Assembly (NCBI GenBank): GCA_963703315.1
Contig: OY969811.1
Location: 3,584,001-3,648,000 of the forward strand
DNA: 64,000 nucleotides
Direction: 5' to 3'
Origin: an uncultured cyanobacterium
Lineage (GTDB): Bacteria; Cyanobacteriota; Cyanobacteriia; Pseudanabaenales; Pseudanabaenaceae
Shown: piece after piece, positions 17,929 through 28,590 of the stretch
Layout: every line of letters begins with the position of its first letter
How positions within the stretch are numbered: position 1 is the first letter of the stretch
Notes under the pieces: generated by a model
What the model was told of the DNA's origin: nothing
Seen by the model: the letters and a program-made list of their open reading frames with translations, nothing else
Databases searched by the model: none
Translations under genes and position numbers: made by a program

Positions 17929-20154
17929 CTAGCCAAGTAACTGCTTAGCGCGATCGCTAATTGCCTCAGCATTCATGCCATTAAACTCAAACAACTGACC
18001 CGCCGAAGCCGTAGTTTCGCCACGTTTCCACGAGAAGACATCACGCTTGCTGTTGCTACGGAGCATCACAGGCTCAAGCATTGCCGAAGCACCACCGACA
18101 ACACCGATCAAGGCATCACCACCAAACATTGCCTCAAAATCAGCATCACTGAGGAACTTGCCATCTGGCTCAGAGCAAGTTTCCCATGCCACATCAGTTG
18201 CCCGATAGAGACGGCGAGGGCTGACAATCGAGACAATCTTAGAACCGATGCCTTGGTCTGCAAGCTTTTGTGCTGCTTCATATACAGGTTGCAACATCAT
18301 GTCACCGATGACCGCGAAGACCACCTTCTTACTACCTGCGATTTCTTGCAAAGCGATCGCGCCTGTTTCCAGAGCTTGACGATTCTGCTCAAAAGTTGTG
18401 CGGATAGGCAGAGGTGATTTGCTGGCGGTAATGACCACACCCTTATTGACTGCCTTCAACGCCCAGTCATAACAAACTTGAATGCTATTGGCATCCAGAG
18501 GGAAGAGAGGGAAGATATTGCCGTTACGCATCATCGAGGCAAAGTAGCCTTCGATTTCAGGACGTTGGTGTGTCCAGCCGTTACGACCTTGCTCCAAAGC
18601 CCCTGCGGTGAATAAACACACAGTCGCAGGAGTAGGACGGCGCAACTCTGCCATTGCCTGAGTCACAGTCTGCCAAATGGGAAGTCCATTAATCGCGAAG
18701 GATTCATAGGAACACCAGAGCGTGCGACTACCAAACAGTGCCAAACCAACGGCTAAACCAGCGCAAGCATCTTCGCTAAGAGGTTCATAAACCTGTCCAC
18801 CGGGGGCTTGGTTATACAAATCATCGGTGGTGGGGTGATTGATTTTCAGAGCTTGGTTGATATTGGCAATCCCTGAAGCCTCGTTACCATCAGCATTGGT
18901 GACGATGAAGCGCTTATCGGTTTGTCCAACATAGCCAACTAAACGACCCATTGAGGTTGTCGCAACCTTTGCTTCGCCGCCAACGGCATATTCTTCTAAG
19001 GGCAAAGTTCCCAAATCAGTTAGAGGTAGTACGGATTCCGTAACCGCAGTTTTAGAAGAAGAACCACCACCAGCCCATTGCAAATTGGTGCTGACGGTTT
19101 GCCATGCTTCAGGATTGAGGGCGCGAGATTTTAAACCAGCGATAACATCGGCATTGTCGAGGGTATGGTGGGCATAGAGGTTATGGGATTTTGCACCACG
19201 AGCATGAACACCAGCACCCTTAAGTTGTTTGATGATAAATACGGTCAGCTTTCCACCAAAGGCAAGTTTCGCCGCTTGATCTGCACCGACGAGAACGGCT
19301 TCGGTAAAGGCAAGACGTTGTTTAAAAGAGAACGCGGTACTATCGACATAAGCACCTGTTTGATTTTGATCGTCAAAATCCTTGGCATCAACGAGGATGA
19401 CTTCATCAAAGCCATTGCCTTTCCAGAATGCCAGCATCTCGGCATTAGTTTTGGTGGAAACCATGCTGTGATGCTCTTGGCTGTAACCGTTCCATACCAA
19501 AATTGGTACAAAATTGGTAACTTCAGGATAGGCGGTATGGAAATGGGCGATCGAGCTAATGGGATAGGGTTCGCCTAAACCACCATCCCCGATTGTCACA
19601 GGGAATAATTTATCGCGGTGTAACAAAGCCCCTGCCATCGCAAAATGTTGTCCCTGTCCCAAAGGTCCCGCAGGAGCAAGAATTCCGGGGATATAGCCCG
19701 ACAAGTGACCGAGTAAGCCATGCTTTTCGCGGTAGCGATCGCGCATTTGCGTAACAGTATTAATTCCCATATCTTCGAGGGAGCGATCTAAAAACATCGC
19801 GCTGTAATAACCGGGAGCATGGTGTCCCACTTCCGTCGGCATATTCTTATGACCGAGCATATAGAATGCGGCTACGGCTTCAGCACTGCTGGCAAATCCT
19901 CCAGGGTGTCCTGATGCTTTGCTACCTGTAACTTGTAAGGTGAGATAGCGTAAAGCATCGGCAGCTAGTAACGTTTGGAATACGGCAGCGCGATCGCGAG
20001 GATCGGTAACACCAGATTTATCAGGACTGAGGACAGGAATCCGTCCGAGTTCGTCGAACCCCTCCAACGGTTCGCCAAAGTACTGAATGCCTTCGCGAAA
20101 GTCATCTTTGAAGGCGGGGGTGGCTGCGTTTGTGGTGTTAGGGGTTGCGACCAT
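17929..20154 (-). CDS. Phosphoketolase (TPP-dependent, Xfp-like)
   Basis: SGHPGG, GHHAPG, GPLGQG, TIGDGG...NG TPP-binding motif, EQGRNGWTHQRPE. Confidence 0.85.
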   Translation of the reverse strand: MVATPNTTNAATPAFKDDFREGIQYFGEPLEGFDELGRIPVLSPDKSGVTDPRDRAAVFQTLLAADALRYLTLQVTGSKASGHPGGFASSAEAVAAFYMLGHKNMPTEVGHHAPGYYSAMFLDRSLEDMGINTVTQMRDRYREKHGLLGHLSGYIPGILAPAGPLGQGQHFAMAGALLHRDKLFPVTIGDGGLGEPYPISSIAHFHTAYPEVTNFVPILVWNGYSQEHHSMVSTKTNAEMLAFWKGNGFDEVILVDAKDFDDQNQTGAYVDSTAFSFKQRLAFTEAVLVGADQAAKLAFGGKLTVFIIKQLKGAGVHARGAKSHNLYAHHTLDNADVIAGLKSRALNPEAWQTVSTNLQWAGGGSSSKTAVTESVLPLTDLGTLPLEEYAVGGEAKVATTSMGRLVGYVGQTDKRFIVTNADGNEASGIANINQALKINHPTTDDLYNQAPGGQVYEPLSEDACAGLAVGLALFGSRTLWCSYESFAINGLPIWQTVTQAMAELRRPTPATVCLFTAGALEQGRNGWTHQRPEIEGYFASMMRNGNIFPLFPLDANSIQVCYDWALKAVNKGVVITASKSPLPIRTTFEQNRQALETGAIALQEIAGSKKVVFAVIGDMMLQPVYEAAQKLADQGIGSKIVSIVSPRRLYRATDVAWETCSEPDGKFLSDADFEAMFGGDALIGVVGGASAMLEPVMLRSNSKRDVFSWKRGETTASAGQLFEFNGMNAEAISDRAKQLLG

Positions 20155-20443
20155 AGATTTTGTGACCTTTGATTTGTCCAGAATAGAGATTTGGTTATGC
20201 GATCAGTAGAGATTAAGAAATGTTGAAATTTCTTCTAAGGGTCATTTTAGTATGTACTGGTGACAGAGCATATAGTCGTAAATAATGGTTGATGGTTGGT
20301 GTGTGGAGTTTCATCACGAAGGGACTATGTGTTACGGCAAACCCTCCAAAAGATGAAATGCAGCGCGAAGCGCTGCATTTCATCTTTTGGGATTTTAATA
20401 TTGCAAAATATTTACATCAGTTATGTTATAGTAAGAAATGCAC

Positions 20444-20517
20444 GGCAGCTTGGCTCAGGTGGTTAGAGCGACGGTCTCATAATCCGTAGGTCCCGGGTTC
20501 AAGTCCCGGAGCTGCTA
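20444..20517 (+). tRNA. tRNA-Met(CAT), probably elongator
   Basis: GGCAGCTTGGCTCAGGTGGTTAGAGCGACGGTCT-CAT-AATCCGTAGGTCCCGGGTTCAAGTCCCGGAGCTGCTA; lacks initiator features; extended -10 TGTTATAGT upstream. Confidence 0.9.
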
Positions 20518-20654
20518 TAAAATGAAAAACAATGTCGAAAAACGGTGGTAATGCAAAGTGTTATCACCATTTTTTCTGTTTAACATAGGCGTATGACTGA
20601 AATTGTTCATGATAGTATGTAGACAATTTACCCCCTAAGGCAAAGGACAAGATT

Positions 20655-21422
20655 ATGGGATTACTCGATCGCATTGGTATGGTGGTCAAGTCCAATGTAA
20701 ATGCAATAGTTACGGCGGCTGAAGATCCAGAAAAAATTCTGGAGCAATCAATTATTGATATGCAGGAAGACTTGGTGCAATTGCGCCAAGCCGTTGCTCA
20801 GTCAATGGCTGCCCTCAAACGACAAGAGCAACAATATAATCAAAGTGCAACTCAAGCACAGGAATGGGAAAAACGCGCCTTGCTAGCTCTTCAGAAGGGA
20901 GATGAAAATCTAGCAAGAGAAGCTCTGAGCCGTAAGAAAACCCATGCTGATGCTTCTGCCACCTTGAAGGTTGGCTTAGATCAACAGTCTGGACAGGTAG
21001 AGCTGCTCAAGAAAAATTTAGTGGCGATCGAAGGGAAGATCTCTGAGGCAAAAACCAAGAAAGAGATGCTCAAGGCACGTTTGCAATCGGCAAAGGCTCA
21101 AGAGAATCTCAACAATATGTTGGGCAAGGTAAATACCAACTCCGCCGCCGCTACCTTTGAACGGATGGAAGAGCGTGTTCTCTTAGCAGAGGCAAAAGCT
21201 AGTGCTAGTGCCGAACTTGGTGCAGATAATCTAGAAGCGCAGTTTGCTCAACTAGAATCTGGTAGTGGCGTTGATGATGAACTCGCTGCTCTCAAAGCGA
21301 AGATGATTGCTGGTAGCCCTACTTCTCAAAGTGCTTTGCCTCCATCAGATGCATCGAGACCAAGTGTTGGCTCAGCGATCGATGCCGAACTAGAAGCCTT
21401 ACGTCGTCAAATTGGCAGTTAA
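20655..21422 (+). CDS. vipp1: PspA/IM30 family protein Vipp1
   Basis: MGLLDRI...AEDPEKILEQ, coiled coil, C-terminal extension IDAELEALRRQI typical of Vipp1. Confidence 0.88.
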   Translation: MGLLDRIGMVVKSNVNAIVTAAEDPEKILEQSIIDMQEDLVQLRQAVAQSMAALKRQEQQYNQSATQAQEWEKRALLALQKGDENLAREALSRKKTHADASATLKVGLDQQSGQVELLKKNLVAIEGKISEAKTKKEMLKARLQSAKAQENLNNMLGKVNTNSAAATFERMEERVLLAEAKASASAELGADNLEAQFAQLESGSGVDDELAALKAKMIAGSPTSQSALPPSDASRPSVGSAIDAELEALRRQIGS

Positions 21423-21434
21423 TTAGGACTGATG

Positions 21435-21490
21435 CAAAACAGAGAAACGCAGGAGTAATTCATGAATTACTCCTGCGTTTCTCTGTTTTG
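21435..21490. repeat. 56-bp perfect palindrome (REP-family variant) overlapping the GTPase stop codon
   Basis: CAAAACAGAGAAACGCAGGAGTAATTCA|TGAATTACTCCTGCGTTTCTCTGTTTTG. Confidence 0.9.
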
Positions 21491-22693
21491 AAATCGACGT
21501 AATATTGATTGTTCATGTACAGATGCAACAATTTCCTTAATCAGTGTTTTTGCGCCCAATTTGCCAGAGGCTCGACTATGCTCGATGTCAGTGACAATAC
21601 CATTAAATAGAAGTGATAAGCCTAGCCCAGTACATAGAATTTGCCCATAGCGAGTGATTTCATTATTGATTCCTAATCCTCCAATCAAACTGGCGATCGC
21701 TACAATTAAAATCAGCCATAAATACTTTTTTTGAACTGGATATTTACCAATTATCCAAATTACAAATAGACTGCTACAACTGAGGCTAATCAAGCTGTCA
21801 AGCCATCGTAAAGGAGATAGCAAAACTCCGATCGCCTCTGCCATAAATACTAAAGAAGCGATCGCGGTTGATGCTTGTAATTTTTGGATATACCTCTGGG
21901 TAACTGCATTTTGAATTTCTAAAAGCGCTCGCAACACATTCACCGCTAATAGTTCTTTGCCTTCAAAATTTAGCAAATCTAGGATTCTCTTTTTTAAAGC
22001 TTGAACATCAGGCTGCGGTTGCTCCCAAACTTCTTGGCTGTCGCGTCCATCACTATATTGAAGACGTACCTTCACAGGCTTAGGCTCTGCTGAGGTTAGC
22101 ACAATCTCCTGTGGTGAAATGAGTTGACGCAGTTCCTCATTCTGTAATGCCCCATGAATTGCGAAGCGATCGCCTTCAGAATAAAGATCAATTTTATTGA
22201 AAACTAATAAAATTGGTTTATAAAAAGTCTGTAATTGGGCGATCGCCTCCTGTTCTAGTCTTGTCATATCACCCGCAATCACAAACAAAATCAACTCCGC
22301 TTGCTTAGCAGCTTCTAGAGCCATTTGTCCTCTGACTTCACCACCAACTTCATCAATGCCCTGAGTATCAATCAATCGTAGTTGAATTTTCTGTTTCTCA
22401 TTACCTTGCGTTAGAGCAGTTGCAGTTGAGGAGTTTCTCCATTCATAGATCGCAACATCCCTTGTTATGCCGTGAATGGCTCCTGTTTCGCCCAGCTTTT
22501 GTCCTAGCAAAGCATTCAGTAATGATGTTTTTCCCTTTGATACCATTCCAAAGACCGCGATCGCGATCGCACCTTTATCTAATTTCTCTTCGAGTGCTAA
22601 TATGTTCGCCAGTTCAGATTCAGTTAATTCTTTTTGAAACAAATTGCGGTAACTAGTTAGGCGATCGCGTACCTGCTGAGGATAATCTTGCAT
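21467..22693 (-). CDS. Era/YfjP-like GTP-binding protein with C-terminal TM helices
   Basis: G1 GMVSKGKT, G3 DTQG, G4 NKID. Confidence 0.8.
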   Translation of the reverse strand: MQDYPQQVRDRLTSYRNLFQKELTESELANILALEEKLDKGAIAIAVFGMVSKGKTSLLNALLGQKLGETGAIHGITRDVAIYEWRNSSTATALTQGNEKQKIQLRLIDTQGIDEVGGEVRGQMALEAAKQAELILFVIAGDMTRLEQEAIAQLQTFYKPILLVFNKIDLYSEGDRFAIHGALQNEELRQLISPQEIVLTSAEPKPVKVRLQYSDGRDSQEVWEQPQPDVQALKKRILDLLNFEGKELLAVNVLRALLEIQNAVTQRYIQKLQASTAIASLVFMAEAIGVLLSPLRWLDSLISLSCSSLFVIWIIGKYPVQKKYLWLILIVAIASLIGGLGINNEITRYGQILCTGLGLSLLFNGIVTDIEHSRASGKLGAKTLIKEIVASVHEQSILRRFQNRETQE

Positions 22694-22967
22694 GAAAAAT
22701 CTAACCTAGAATATCATTCAAACAAATTTGAACTTCTAGAACTACATTACTTTTAATCACAGCAAAGTTTACAACCAAAGAAGCAATATTTTGTGGCGCG
22801 GCGTAGCCGTGCCACAAAATATTGCTTCTTTAAAGTATTTGTGGAATTAGATGCGATCGCGAGACAATTTCTATTAAGATCAAAATTCCATAGTATTTAC
22901 ACAAGAATCACATCCTGCGAGTGTAATTCTTGCCAACTTATCAACCTTATACGTTCTCACAACACAA

Positions 22968-24149
22968 ATGAAGACTTGGCTCAAACCTGCTCAGCGACTA
23001 GGAAAACTCCCTCCATACGTTTTTGCGCGTCTAGATGAGTTGAAGTTACGAGCCAAAGAGCAAGGTCTAGATTTGATCGATCTCGGTATGGGTAATCCTG
23101 ATGGTCCCACACCTGACCCTGTAGTCGAAGCGGCGATTACTGCCTTAAGAAACCCCAAAAATCATGGCTATCCCCCTTTTGAAGGCACTGCAAGTTTTCG
23201 GCGGGCGATTACTGACTGGTACAAGCGCCGTTACAATGTGCAACTCGATCCTGAAGGTGAAGCTTTACCTCTAATTGGCTCAAAGGAAGGCTTAGGACAT
23301 TTAGCGATCGCCTATATTGATCCAGGAGATCTGGTGCTTGTGCCGAGTCCCGCCTATCCTGCTCACTTTCGGGGACCCTTACTCGCTGGTGGTGAAATCT
23401 ATGAAATGATCCTTAGCCCAGAAAAGGACTGGTTGATCGACCTATCGGCAATTCCTGAAGAGGTCGCTCAAAGAGCTAAGGTGATGTATTTCAACTATCC
23501 TGCCAATCCCACAGGGGCGATCGCTCCCCGTGAATTTTTTGAAGAGGTGGTTGCCTTTGCTAAGAAATACGAGATCTTATTAGTGCATGATCTCTGCTAT
23601 GCCGAACTTGCCTTTGATGGCTATACCCCCACTAGTTTGCTAGAAATCGAAGGTGGCAAAGATGTGGGTGTAGAGTTTCATACTCTTTCTAAAACCTACA
23701 ATATGGCGGGCTGGCGCGTTGGCTTTGTGGTTGGCAATCGTCACGTAATTCAAGGTTTACGCACCCTCAAAACTAATCTTGATTATGGGATCTTCTCTGC
23801 GATTCAAGTGGCGGCAGAGACAGCTTTACAACTGCCTGACCAATACCTCGAAGCGGTATGCGATCGCTACAAAGAGCGCCGTGACTTCTTGATTGCTGGT
23901 CTGGGTGAGCTAGGTTGGGAGATTCCCAAAACCTATGCCACTATGTATCTCTGGATTCCTGTGCCTGCGGGGATGACCTCGGCAGATTTTGCCCTGAAGG
24001 TATTAGAAAGTACAGGCGTTGTATTTACCCCAGGTAGTGCTTTCGGTCAAGGTGGTGAAGGCTATGTCAGAATTAGTTTGATCGCTGATTGCGATCGCCT
24101 AGGTGAAGCATTGAATCGGTTGAAACAAGCTGGAATTAGGTACAAGTAA
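22968..24149 (+). CDS. Class I/II PLP-dependent aminotransferase (aspartate / LL-DAP aminotransferase-like)
   Basis: DLGMGNPD, NYPANPTG, HTLSKTYNMAGWRVG PLP-lysine motif. Confidence 0.88.
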   Translation: MKTWLKPAQRLGKLPPYVFARLDELKLRAKEQGLDLIDLGMGNPDGPTPDPVVEAAITALRNPKNHGYPPFEGTASFRRAITDWYKRRYNVQLDPEGEALPLIGSKEGLGHLAIAYIDPGDLVLVPSPAYPAHFRGPLLAGGEIYEMILSPEKDWLIDLSAIPEEVAQRAKVMYFNYPANPTGAIAPREFFEEVVAFAKKYEILLVHDLCYAELAFDGYTPTSLLEIEGGKDVGVEFHTLSKTYNMAGWRVGFVVGNRHVIQGLRTLKTNLDYGIFSAIQVAAETALQLPDQYLEAVCDRYKERRDFLIAGLGELGWEIPKTYATMYLWIPVPAGMTSADFALKVLESTGVVFTPGSAFGQGGEGYVRISLIADCDRLGEALNRLKQAGIRYK

Positions 24150-24277
24150 TCCTAAATTTGAAAATAGCGTTGCTATTTTCAAATTTAACAACCCATACTG
24201 GGTTTGGTGTTCCATTACCGAAAGTATCGTCCCACTTTTGGTAATGGGTATAAAAGGTCAACAGGAAAAAGGAAAAA

Positions 24278-25129
24278 GTGATTAATTTGTTGCCGCTAGC
24301 TTTTGAATTTACTTCGCCAGGTCCGATCGCCTTTGAACTAGGTCCTCTGTCGATCCGTTGGTATGGCTTGCTGATCGCTTCGGCAATTATCTTGGGGACA
24401 GTACTAGCCCAAACCCTTGCTAAAAGGCGGAATGTTGATCCTGAACTGGTGGGTGATCTTGCCATTTGGCTAGTGGTAGGGGCAATTCCCTGTGCGCGTT
24501 TGTACTATGTCCTCTTTGAATGGCAACGCTTTCAGACTCAGCCTTGGTACAAAGTATTTGCAATCTGGGAAGGCGGTATTGCTATTCATGGTGCAATTAT
24601 TGGTGGGGCGATCGCCGCAACTATATTTTGTAAACGCCAACAGATTTCCACATGGATGATGTCAGATATCATTATGCCTGCGGTGATCTTAGGACAGGCG
24701 ATCGGGCGTTGGGGTAATTTCTTTAATTCCGAAGCTTTTGGCGCACCCACTGATTTACCTTGGAAATTATTTATTCCCATCAATCGTCGTCCCCCCGAAT
24801 TTGTCAACGAACCTTACTTTCACCCCACATTTCTCTATGAATCGGTTTGGAATGTTGGTGTATTTGCCATCCTCATCTTTACATTTCTAAGATTTCCGAA
24901 GCTGAAAACTGGCACAATTACGATGATCTACGCGATCGCCTATAGCCTCGGTAGATTTTGGATTGAAGGATTACGCACCGATAGTTTAATGGTGAGTGGA
25001 CTTCGCACCGCCCAGATTATTAGCCTTAGTGCGATCGCGGCGGGTATTTTTGGATTAATTTGGCTCTATGGATTGCGCCGCCGTTTTCCTGACACCGCAC
25101 CCAGAGAATTACCTACTGAAAATTCCTAA
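24278..25129 (+). CDS. lgt: Prolipoprotein diacylglyceryl transferase
   Basis: [37 protein letters not shown]. Confidence 0.95.
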   Translation: MINLLPLAFEFTSPGPIAFELGPLSIRWYGLLIASAIILGTVLAQTLAKRRNVDPELVGDLAIWLVVGAIPCARLYYVLFEWQRFQTQPWYKVFAIWEGGIAIHGAIIGGAIAATIFCKRQQISTWMMSDIIMPAVILGQAIGRWGNFFNSEAFGAPTDLPWKLFIPINRRPPEFVNEPYFHPTFLYESVWNVGVFAILIFTFLRFPKLKTGTITMIYAIAYSLGRFWIEGLRTDSLMVSGLRTAQIISLSAIAAGIFGLIWLYGLRRRFPDTAPRELPTENS

Positions 25130-25200
25130 AGATAGGCGACGCTTTGCACCGCCTATCTAGATTGCTCCAAATAATTAGAATTGCCGACTCAAAAGATTAA

Positions 25201-25827
25201 ATGTCCAAATCGCCGCATACCCATCCGCGTGAAATGGTGGAAACCGCTTTCTTAGCAAGCACTACCGCCATGTTGTTTTTAATCAACTATTACTTTCCCC
25301 TTGGACCTTTATTGCGAATGTTGTTTCCTTTGCCGACGGCTCTAGCTTATTTGCGCTGGAATGGACGAGCGGCATGGATGGCAATGGTTGTCACGGCATT
25401 ATTGCTAGCGATTTTGATGGGACCGACTCGGAGCATTCAATATATTGTTCCGCATGGGGTCGTTGGTATCACGCTTGGTTATTTATGGAAGCGAGATTTT
25501 CCTTGGTCTGGCTCATTGAGTATTGCCACTATGATTGGTGCATTGGGGACAGCGTTCCAATTTGCCTTTCTATCAGTTTTGTTAGGTGAAAATGTCTGGA
25601 ATTATTCCATTATCCAGATTACAAGTTTACTCAATTGGCTATTACAACTGTTTGGTTCCTTAGAACAACCAGATTTTGCGGCAATCCAAACTTTTGCGAT
25701 CGCTGCCATTATCTTTAGTAACTTCGCCTATCAGTTACTTGTGCATCTGGTTGCTTGGATTGTGCTAGATCGGCTTGGAAATCCTATCCCTAACCCGCCT
25801 AAGTGGATAGAATCTTTACTAGCATAA
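25201..25827 (+). CDS. DUF2232-family membrane protein
   Basis: MVETAFLAS, LMGPTRS motifs; commonly adjacent to lgt in cyanobacteria. Confidence 0.75.
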   Translation: MSKSPHTHPREMVETAFLASTTAMLFLINYYFPLGPLLRMLFPLPTALAYLRWNGRAAWMAMVVTALLLAILMGPTRSIQYIVPHGVVGITLGYLWKRDFPWSGSLSIATMIGALGTAFQFAFLSVLLGENVWNYSIIQITSLLNWLLQLFGSLEQPDFAAIQTFAIAAIIFSNFAYQLLVHLVAWIVLDRLGNPIPNPPKWIESLLA

Positions 25828-26009
25828 AAAAATGAGTTGCGGCGCAAAGCGCCGCAACTCATTTTTTATAATCGCCTTAAATCTTGCTTCTAGCCCAATT
25901 TGAATCAACTTAATTAATTGACACAATCTCAACTAAGAAATTATACTCATTAGTTAACCGCCAGAATGAGTATAATTCTGAAATATTGGCGCAACTCACC
26001 TTCGTTACC

Positions 26010-26342
26010 ATGACCAACCCTGCTGAACTAAATCAACCTGCAATCACAAATTCATCAATTGCCCTGTCTGAGCGAGAGCTGCAAGTGATTGAACTAGTAG
26101 CTGCGGGTTTAACCAATCAAGATATCGCGCTTAAACTCGCGATTAGTAAGCGAACTGTCGATAACCACATCAGCAACATTTTAACCAAAACCAAGACTGA
26201 CAACCGCGTTTCGTTAGTGCGTTGGGCTTTGCAGTGGGGAAAAGTATGCATTGATGAGGTTAACTGTTGCATCATTGGGACTCAGCCAGTGACTAATGTT
26301 TTAGATGTCAAAGATTTAGGTCAGGAATTAGAAAGTGCCTAG
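26010..26342 (+). CDS. pedR: Small LuxR-type HTH regulator, PedR-like
   Basis: LSERELQVIELVAAGLTNQDIA HTH plus C-terminal WGKVCIDEVNCC Cys cluster. Confidence 0.75.
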   Translation: MTNPAELNQPAITNSSIALSERELQVIELVAAGLTNQDIALKLAISKRTVDNHISNILTKTKTDNRVSLVRWALQWGKVCIDEVNCCIIGTQPVTNVLDVKDLGQELESA

Positions 26343-26622
26343 CGGGGAATTAGCGATTAATCGCTACAAAATTGTTTATAAACCTGATATAGCTCTAGCC
26401 ATGTATCGGGAATTAGCTTCCCACATTGAACAAATAGAAGATGTGAATACGGAATTATTGTGGCAAGAAAGTACTGAATTTAGCTATTTGGGTAGTCAGA
26501 TCGGTGGTATGTGGTTAATCTATCCCCAAAGTATATCTAGCCAATCGCAAGCTTTAATCCAAAATATCTTAAATCACTACGGATCTTGGATTTCTGAACC
26601 TGATATCGTTGCTAGTTTATAG
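26335..26622 (+). CDS. Conserved hypothetical protein
   Basis: LAMYRELASHIEQI...FSYLGSQIGG; overlaps the pedR stop. Confidence 0.65.
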   Translation: MPSGELAINRYKIVYKPDIALAMYRELASHIEQIEDVNTELLWQESTEFSYLGSQIGGMWLIYPQSISSQSQALIQNILNHYGSWISEPDIVASL

Positions 26623-26723
26623 CCTAAAACCTGTAGCGCACGCTGAGCGTGCGCTACAGGTTTTAAATCTGGTTTTTAATTGTGCTGAAGTGATTAATAG
26701 TTTTTTAATTTGTCCTGCAACCG

Positions 26724-27410
26724 ATGAAAAAACGCATATTTACTGACTTTGATGGACCAATCATGGACGTATCAGAGCGATACTACCAAGTCTATTTATA
26801 TTGTCTAGAAAAAATCCGTCAGCCTAACCAAGAGGTAATTACCTTATCAAAATCTGAGTTTTGGGAATTAAAGCGATCGCAAGTATCCGAAAAAGAAATT
26901 GCCCATATTTCAGGCTTTACTGATGAAAAACAAGCCGTTGCCTTTGCTCACTTGCGCCGTGCCAATGTGCATACAGATCCATATTTTGAATACGATCGCC
27001 TGATTGAAAGTGCGATTCCTGCATTAGACAAAGCTCAGGAATCAGGGATCGATCTTGCCGTGATGACGATGCGCCGCCGCCGTGAATTGGAGCCTGTACT
27101 TGATAAATATAATTTGAGGCGTTTTTTTAAGAGCGATCGCATTTTTTGTCTGGATGATGATTATGTAAAGACTGTCGATACGCAAGATAAGCCTAAATTG
27201 ATGAAGCTTGCTCAAGCTAATTTACCAAGTGTCGATCAGCAATGGATGATTGGCGATACTGAAGCAGATATTTTTGCGGCTCAAAGTCATAATATTCCCG
27301 CGATCGCTGTACTTAGTGGTATCCGTAGCCAGACTCAACTCGAAAAATATCAGCCCAAACAAATTCTTCCAGATTTGATCACCTCAATAGCTACTATCTT
27401 AGAAAATTGA
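26724..27410 (+). CDS. HAD-superfamily hydrolase
   Basis: DFDGP motif I, MIGDTEAD motif IV. Confidence 0.88.
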   Translation: MKKRIFTDFDGPIMDVSERYYQVYLYCLEKIRQPNQEVITLSKSEFWELKRSQVSEKEIAHISGFTDEKQAVAFAHLRRANVHTDPYFEYDRLIESAIPALDKAQESGIDLAVMTMRRRRELEPVLDKYNLRRFFKSDRIFCLDDDYVKTVDTQDKPKLMKLAQANLPSVDQQWMIGDTEADIFAAQSHNIPAIAVLSGIRSQTQLEKYQPKQILPDLITSIATILEN

Positions 27411-27463
27411 TTTCAATAAAAAAGAGCGCTATGCGCCCTTTTTGTTTAGATATGGGTTTCAGA

Positions 27464-27637
27464 TTACATTCCCCCTAAAAATTCTTGTTTAGCAATTTTC
27501 ACCATCACAGCTTGCTGCCCTAAATAGAGCATATGTAACTCAGTGAGGAGTTGCTTAGCCGCATCTAGATCGATGTTTTGAATCTGTTGGCAAAACATCA
27601 TGTGGGTAAATTGCTTTTCAATAGGTAAGTCACTCAT
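27464..27637 (-). CDS. nblA: Phycobilisome degradation protein NblA (missed by the ORF track)
   Basis: 57 aa MSDLPIEKQFTHMMFCQQIQNIDLDAAKQLLTELHMLYLGQQAVMVKIAKQEFLGGM, L-x-x-E-x-Q-F pattern; GAGG RBS upstream. Confidence 0.8.
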   Translation of the reverse strand: MSDLPIEKQFTHMMFCQQIQNIDLDAAKQLLTELHMLYLGQQAVMVKIAKQEFLGGM

Positions 27638-27741
27638 AAGTACCTCTTTAACGGATCAAACAATTACAATAGACAATGACACCGATTGACGTATTGAAGT
27701 TTCCTGACAGTAGATATTAGTCACTGTGTCAACATAACGTA

Positions 27742-27784
27742 ACAATACTTTAAATATATCACAAAAACTGTATCACTACAAACA
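27742..27784 (-). promoter_or_regulatory. NtcA-activated class II promoter of nblA
   Basis: Minus strand GTT-N8-TAC (27783-27770), N22, then TATTGT (TAN3T, 27747-27742). Confidence 0.7.
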
Positions 27785-27986
27785 TTTTTGGCGAGATATA
27801 TCTAAAGAAATATCTTACCCAGAACTTATAAATATATTTCTTATGATTGCTATAAGTTTATCCATAGCGATCGCTTGTATTAAAACCTAGAAGACGAGTG
27901 GCGGTGCTTTGCACCACCACTCGTCTTCTAGGTTTTTAAAAAGATTATGTGAGCCTTACGCTGCAATCTTTTGAGACTTTATAAAA

Positions 27987-28080
27987 TATAGCAAAGCAAT
28001 AGTTGGTTAGTACAAACAAAAACCCAAGAAGAGAGTGGCGGCGCGGAGCGCCGCCACTCTCTTCTTGGGTTTTTGCTATA
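27987..28080. mobile_element. MITE-like element (TATAGC...GCTATA ends) with central palindrome
   Basis: Core AACCCAAGAAGAGAGTGGCGGCGC-GGA-GCGCCGCCACTCTCTTCTTGGGTT; same family at 32356, 43097 and 55281. Confidence 0.65.
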
Positions 28081-28176
28081 CAAAAAACAGGAAGAGTAAA
28101 AATAACTCTTCCTGTTTTTGCAAATTTTGCATAAAACTTTGCTAGACAAAGATTATGTGTATTGATCAGCAAAAAA

Positions 28177-28380
28177 TTAAAGCAAGCCAGTGTTTGTGTT
28201 TGGCTTACCTGTAGCTAATTCAACTTTAAGAATCTTGCCACCCATCTTCATAATGCGTTGCTGTTCAGCGAACCAGTTGTCATAGGACACTAGTTTCGTG
28301 AAATAAGTATTTTGCAACTCTCGTTGTGTACGTATGCGGGTTTGGCTAGGTACACAAGCAGTGATTTTAAAACTCCGCAT
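28177..28380 (-). CDS. apcC: Phycobilisome core linker LC7.8
   Basis: MRSFKITACVPSQTRIRTQRELQNTYFTKLV; start at the ATG at 28380. Confidence 0.96.
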   Translation of the reverse strand: MRSFKITACVPSQTRIRTQRELQNTYFTKLVSYDNWFAEQQRIMKMGGKILKVELATGKPNTNTGLL

Positions 28381-28590
28381 AGCGGCAATCTCCTTCAGAG
28401 CCAATGATATTAAAAATAGATTACAAAGAAAAATTCTAGCTTGACATGGAATTAACTTATTCAAGCTATGTAACATAAGCGTTGGCGGCAAGACAGGAAG
28501 CTCAAGCTACCTACCTCCGCCGCCTTGTAAGTATTAATTAAATTAACGAGAAATTAAATTAATAAATAGCAATTAACGCTATGTCAGCAA

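Noticed and set aside
12020..20517. tRNA-anchored genomic island between the two tRNAs
   Set aside because: No duplicated tRNA 3' end and no integrase; most genes between them are housekeeping.
27945..28172. ORFs through palindromic elements (also 10555-10797, 20289-20489, 22793-23038, 32299-32481, 43005-43193)
   Set aside because: They are translations of MITE/REP DNA; their mutual similarity comes from the repeats.
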